Positions 63,564 through 64,000 of a stretch of 64,000 nucleotides of DNA are shown here, piece by piece. Source of the DNA: an uncultured Candidatus Sumerlaeota bacterium (GTDB lineage: Bacteria > Sumerlaeota > Sumerlaeia > MVZB01 > JAJFLK01); NCBI GenBank assembly GCA_964463045.1, contig CAYXAU010000001.1, positions 72,524 to 136,523 on the forward strand, written 5' to 3'. Numbering within the stretch: the stretch's first letter is position 1; every line of letters begins with the position of its first letter. Both the position numbers and the translations under genes were made by a program. Under the pieces are notes generated by a model. It had not been told where the DNA came from. It did no database searches and saw only the letters and a list, made by a program, of their open reading frames with translations.

Positions 63564-64000
63564 ATGGACGCGCTCGATCCCGAACGGCTCAAGCAGATCA
63601 TCGTCGAGGAGGTGCGGCGCGCCTTGACGGAAAGCGCGGCCCCAGCCGCGTTCCGTCCCCGCGAGGCCTCTCCGGCCGGGCCGGCGTCCAAGCTGGAGGT
63701 CGATGGCTTGGTGCTGATCACGGGCACGGCGGCTCCCCACCCGGCCATGTTCGAAGCTCTGGCGCCGCTGGCCATCCACGGCCTGCGCTTTGTCGTGCTG
63801 GCCTCGCAGAGCTTTCGAGGCGTCCCGTTGGCGCGGGACCCCGATCTTCTCCGCGGCTTGAGGCTCGCCGAGGGCGTCGATGACGAGCGCGGACTCGCCG
63901 ACCTCTTGAACCGCACGGGCTGGGTCCTCGCGCCCGACGTGTCCTCCAACACGCTGGCCAAGGCCGTCCTCGGCGTCGAGGACTCTCAGCCGACACGCGT
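63564..64000 (+). CDS. Hypothetical protein, 5' portion. It runs off the window end and is absent from the ORF track.
   Basis: ATG at 63564. The frame stays open for 145 codons to the window end with strong GC3 bias (MDALDPERLKQIIVEEVRRAL...LVLITGTAAPH...). It lies downstream of serC on the same strand. Confidence 0.4.
   Translation, partial: MDALDPERLKQIIVEEVRRALTESAAPAAFRPREASPAGPASKLEVDGLVLITGTAAPHPAMFEALAPLAIHGLRFVVLASQSFRGVPLARDPDLLRGLRLAEGVDDERGLADLLNRTGWVLAPDVSSNTLAKAVLGVEDSQPTR

Noticed and set aside
62148-63779. 543-aa minus-strand ORF antisense to serC.
   Set aside because: serC on the plus strand is unambiguous, and the antisense translation is low-complexity.
1-64000. Searched for a CRISPR array, integrase/transposase, toxin-antitoxin pairs or known phage-defence nucleases and helicases.
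   Set aside because: No regularly spaced direct repeats and none of those gene types were recognisable in any frame. The novelty here seems to lie in envelope, secreted and biosynthetic operons rather than in defence or mobile DNA.

Overview
This is a 64-kb window of a high-GC (about 68%) bacterial chromosome. The gene content suggests a Planctomycetota- or Verrucomicrobiota-like environmental bacterium. Giant secreted BNR/FG-GAP/LVIVD/dockerin proteins, sulfatase-like and ThuA genes, and many 4-nt ATGA/GTGA start/stop overlaps all point that way. This cannot be confirmed without a database search.

I count about 50 protein-coding genes and 3 tRNAs (Ser-CGA, Thr-GGT, Arg-CCT). I see no rRNA, CRISPR array, transposase or integrase. 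Many of the ORFs in the supplied track are GC-driven antisense or out-of-frame artefacts.

The window breaks into these blocks:
- 1-2951: purF 3' end and a sulfatase-like/TPR fusion.
- 3007-13879, all on the minus strand: ThuA, GGT, a TgpA-like transglutaminase membrane protein, GT2, GT4, three tandem small TRL-like lipoproteins, a MoxR AAA+ ATPase and a CoxE-like VWA protein.
- 14-16 kb: tRNA-Ser and a divergent region holding a conspicuous structured inverted repeat.
- 16-22 kb: DUF72, argD, argF, a CofE-like protein, an orphan ABC permease and a GT-B glycosyltransferase.
- 22.5-24 kb: di-haem cytochrome c peroxidase.
- 24-28.7 kb: asnB-like, a UDP-sugar dehydrogenase and wecB, which together form a nucleotide-sugar module.
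- 28.7-32 kb: a 1115-aa BNR/FG-GAP exported protein with an N-terminal CXXCH motif.
- 32.5-41.3 kb: Fe-ADH followed by a translationally coupled operon. The operon runs PQQ-propeller lipoprotein, HemN-like radical SAM, chorismate-lyase-like protein, flavin-dependent-halogenase-like enzyme, DUF3311, Na+/solute symporter and GT4.
- 41.4-45.8 kb: LolD-like ABC ATPase, Nif3, a DUF3179 lipoprotein and an NTF2-like protein.
- 46-47.9 kb: tRNA-Thr with a clear promoter, a CheY-like response regulator and tRNA-Arg.
- 48.1-55.4 kb: an operon of three large secreted proteins plus a PAPS-type sulfotransferase.
- 55.5-62 kb, minus strand: a stressosome-like RsbR(globin)-RsbS-RsbT module with a HATPase-PP2C fusion, a histidine kinase and a REC-GAF-PAS-GAF-HD-GYP regulator.
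- 62.4-64 kb: serC and a partial gene that is absent from the ORF track.

The three best candidates for something undescribed are the coupled radical-SAM/halogenase-like/symporter operon, the secreted-protein plus sulfotransferase operon, and the expanded MoxR-VWA-transglutaminase locus.
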